64,000 nucleotides of DNA from an uncultured Muribaculaceae bacterium (GTDB lineage: Bacteria; Bacteroidota; Bacteroidia; Bacteroidales; Muribaculaceae): NCBI GenBank assembly GCA_910586895.1, contig CAJUIW010000002.1, positions 19,837 to 83,836 on the forward strand. Direction: 5' to 3'. Numbering within the stretch: the first letter of the stretch is position 1; every line of letters begins with the position of its first letter. The notes beneath the pieces were generated by a model. The model was not told where the DNA came from and made no database searches. It worked only from the letters and a program-made list of their open reading frames with translations. Position numbers and translations under genes: made by a program. This document shows positions 63,595-64,000 of this stretch, piece by piece.

Positions 63595-64000
63595 CCGCCT
63601 TTTATATCTGTGGGCTATTATAGTACTGCTGTCGGTGGCTTCTTGCTCGGGCGGCGGTGCTACGGCTCCGCTGCCAAAGGCGTATCCGCGGATAGCGGTG
63701 TGCGATTCTGTATATGTGCCGCTCGATACCATGGGGCGTCATCTGGAATTCAATGCCGGGGCGCAGGTGTCGGTCGACTCTGTAGGTGAGGGTGGACTGC
63801 CGCTATGGCTCACTGCCGACTATCCGTTGTATAAAAACGTGCGTATCTATATCACTATCAGCTCTTACGGTGTGGATGTGATGGCCAACAGGCGGGAGCG
63901 CATGGCGCTTAATGCCGGAGATGCCGACGGGGTGCTTACCGAGTTGCGTAATCCGTATGGCTTCAGCTCGGAGGTGCTGCTTACACGCTATGGCTCTATG
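63587..64000 (+). CDS. gldD: gliding-motility lipoprotein GldD, 3' end outside window
   Basis: Not in the ORF track because the frame runs off the window. My translation is MNNRLLYLWAIIVLLSVASCSGG..PLPKAYPRIAV..WLTADYPLYKNVRIYITIS. It has a lipobox plus a GldD-like PKxYxRI pattern and overlaps the gldE stop by 8 nt. Confidence 0.62.
   Translation, partial: MNNRLLYLWAIIVLLSVASCSGGGATAPLPKAYPRIAVCDSVYVPLDTMGRHLEFNAGAQVSVDSVGEGGLPLWLTADYPLYKNVRIYITISSYGVDVMANRRERMALNAGDADGVLTELRNPYGFSSEVLLTRYGSM

Noticed and set aside
62755-63732. 325-aa ORF antisense to gldE. Similar long antisense ORFs occur at 7690-8433, 22229-22876, 29233-29979, 33409-33933 and 14445-14900.
   Set aside because: Each is fully embedded in a gene with clear family motifs on the opposite strand. 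None has a recognisable domain or a plausible promoter.
1-64000. CRISPR arrays, rRNA genes, IS elements, transposases and integrases.
   Set aside because: I found no regularly spaced direct repeats, no rRNA-like sequence, and no ORF with DDE, tyrosine- or serine-recombinase motifs anywhere in the window.

Overview
The window is a 64-kb chromosomal segment that looks like Bacteroidota, order Bacteroidales. Four things support that assignment:
- Many genes are preceded by the Bacteroidetes -7 promoter box TAnnTTTG.
- Two secreted proteins end in T9SS C-terminal sorting domains.
- A gldE-gldD pair is present.
- There is a BioG-BioC fusion.

The window is densely coding, with about 60 CDS and one tRNA-Lys(CTT). 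I saw no rRNA, no CRISPR array, and no transposase or integrase.

Housekeeping content, in order along the window:
- Biotin operon (bioA, bioF, bioG-bioC, bioD).
- Formate/nitrite (FNT-family), alanine/glycine:cation (AGCS) and cation:proton antiporter (CPA) transporters.
- nadB, pdxA, queG, nadK, pdxJ.
- exbB, exbD and a tonB-like gene.
- cysS and lolD.
- An LPS-core glycosyltransferase/Kdo-kinase-like cluster.
- ybeY, mnmG, apt, uvrC, recF.
- T9SS cargo proteins, a GH63-like hydrolase, and gldE/gldD.

Three regions are worth a second look:
1. **Candidate TA/defense cassette (58.0-60.1 kb).** An AT-rich, translationally coupled three-gene cassette encodes a wHTH protein, an AbiEii-like minimal nucleotidyltransferase and a calcineurin-type metallophosphoesterase. 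A promoter-overlapping palindrome sits in front of it. I read it as an AbiE-like toxin-antitoxin or anti-phage module with a non-canonical third enzyme.
2. **Inositol-lipid gene block (14.5-24.0 kb, minus strand).** It carries the known core: MIPS (myo-inositol-1-phosphate synthase), PIP synthase (phosphatidylinositol-phosphate synthase), a PgpA-type phosphatase, a GtrA-like protein and a PAP2-type IPC-synthase (inositol-phosphoceramide synthase) candidate. It also carries an NTP-transferase, a second CDP-alcohol transferase, a HAD protein, an acyltransferase and an uncharacterised ATP-grasp enzyme. pdxA is fused to the front of the chain by an ATGA overlap.
3. **hipBA module (12.8-14.4 kb).** It sits in an AT-rich islet.

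Smaller non-coding oddities:
- A long hairpin with 30-bp perfect arms at 8.67-8.79 kb.
- Repeated TTGTCC/GGACAA hairpins next to the tRNA.
- A hairpin plus T-run in the pdxJ leader.
- Several apparently leaderless genes.

All functional calls rest on motif recognition by eye. No database search was run.
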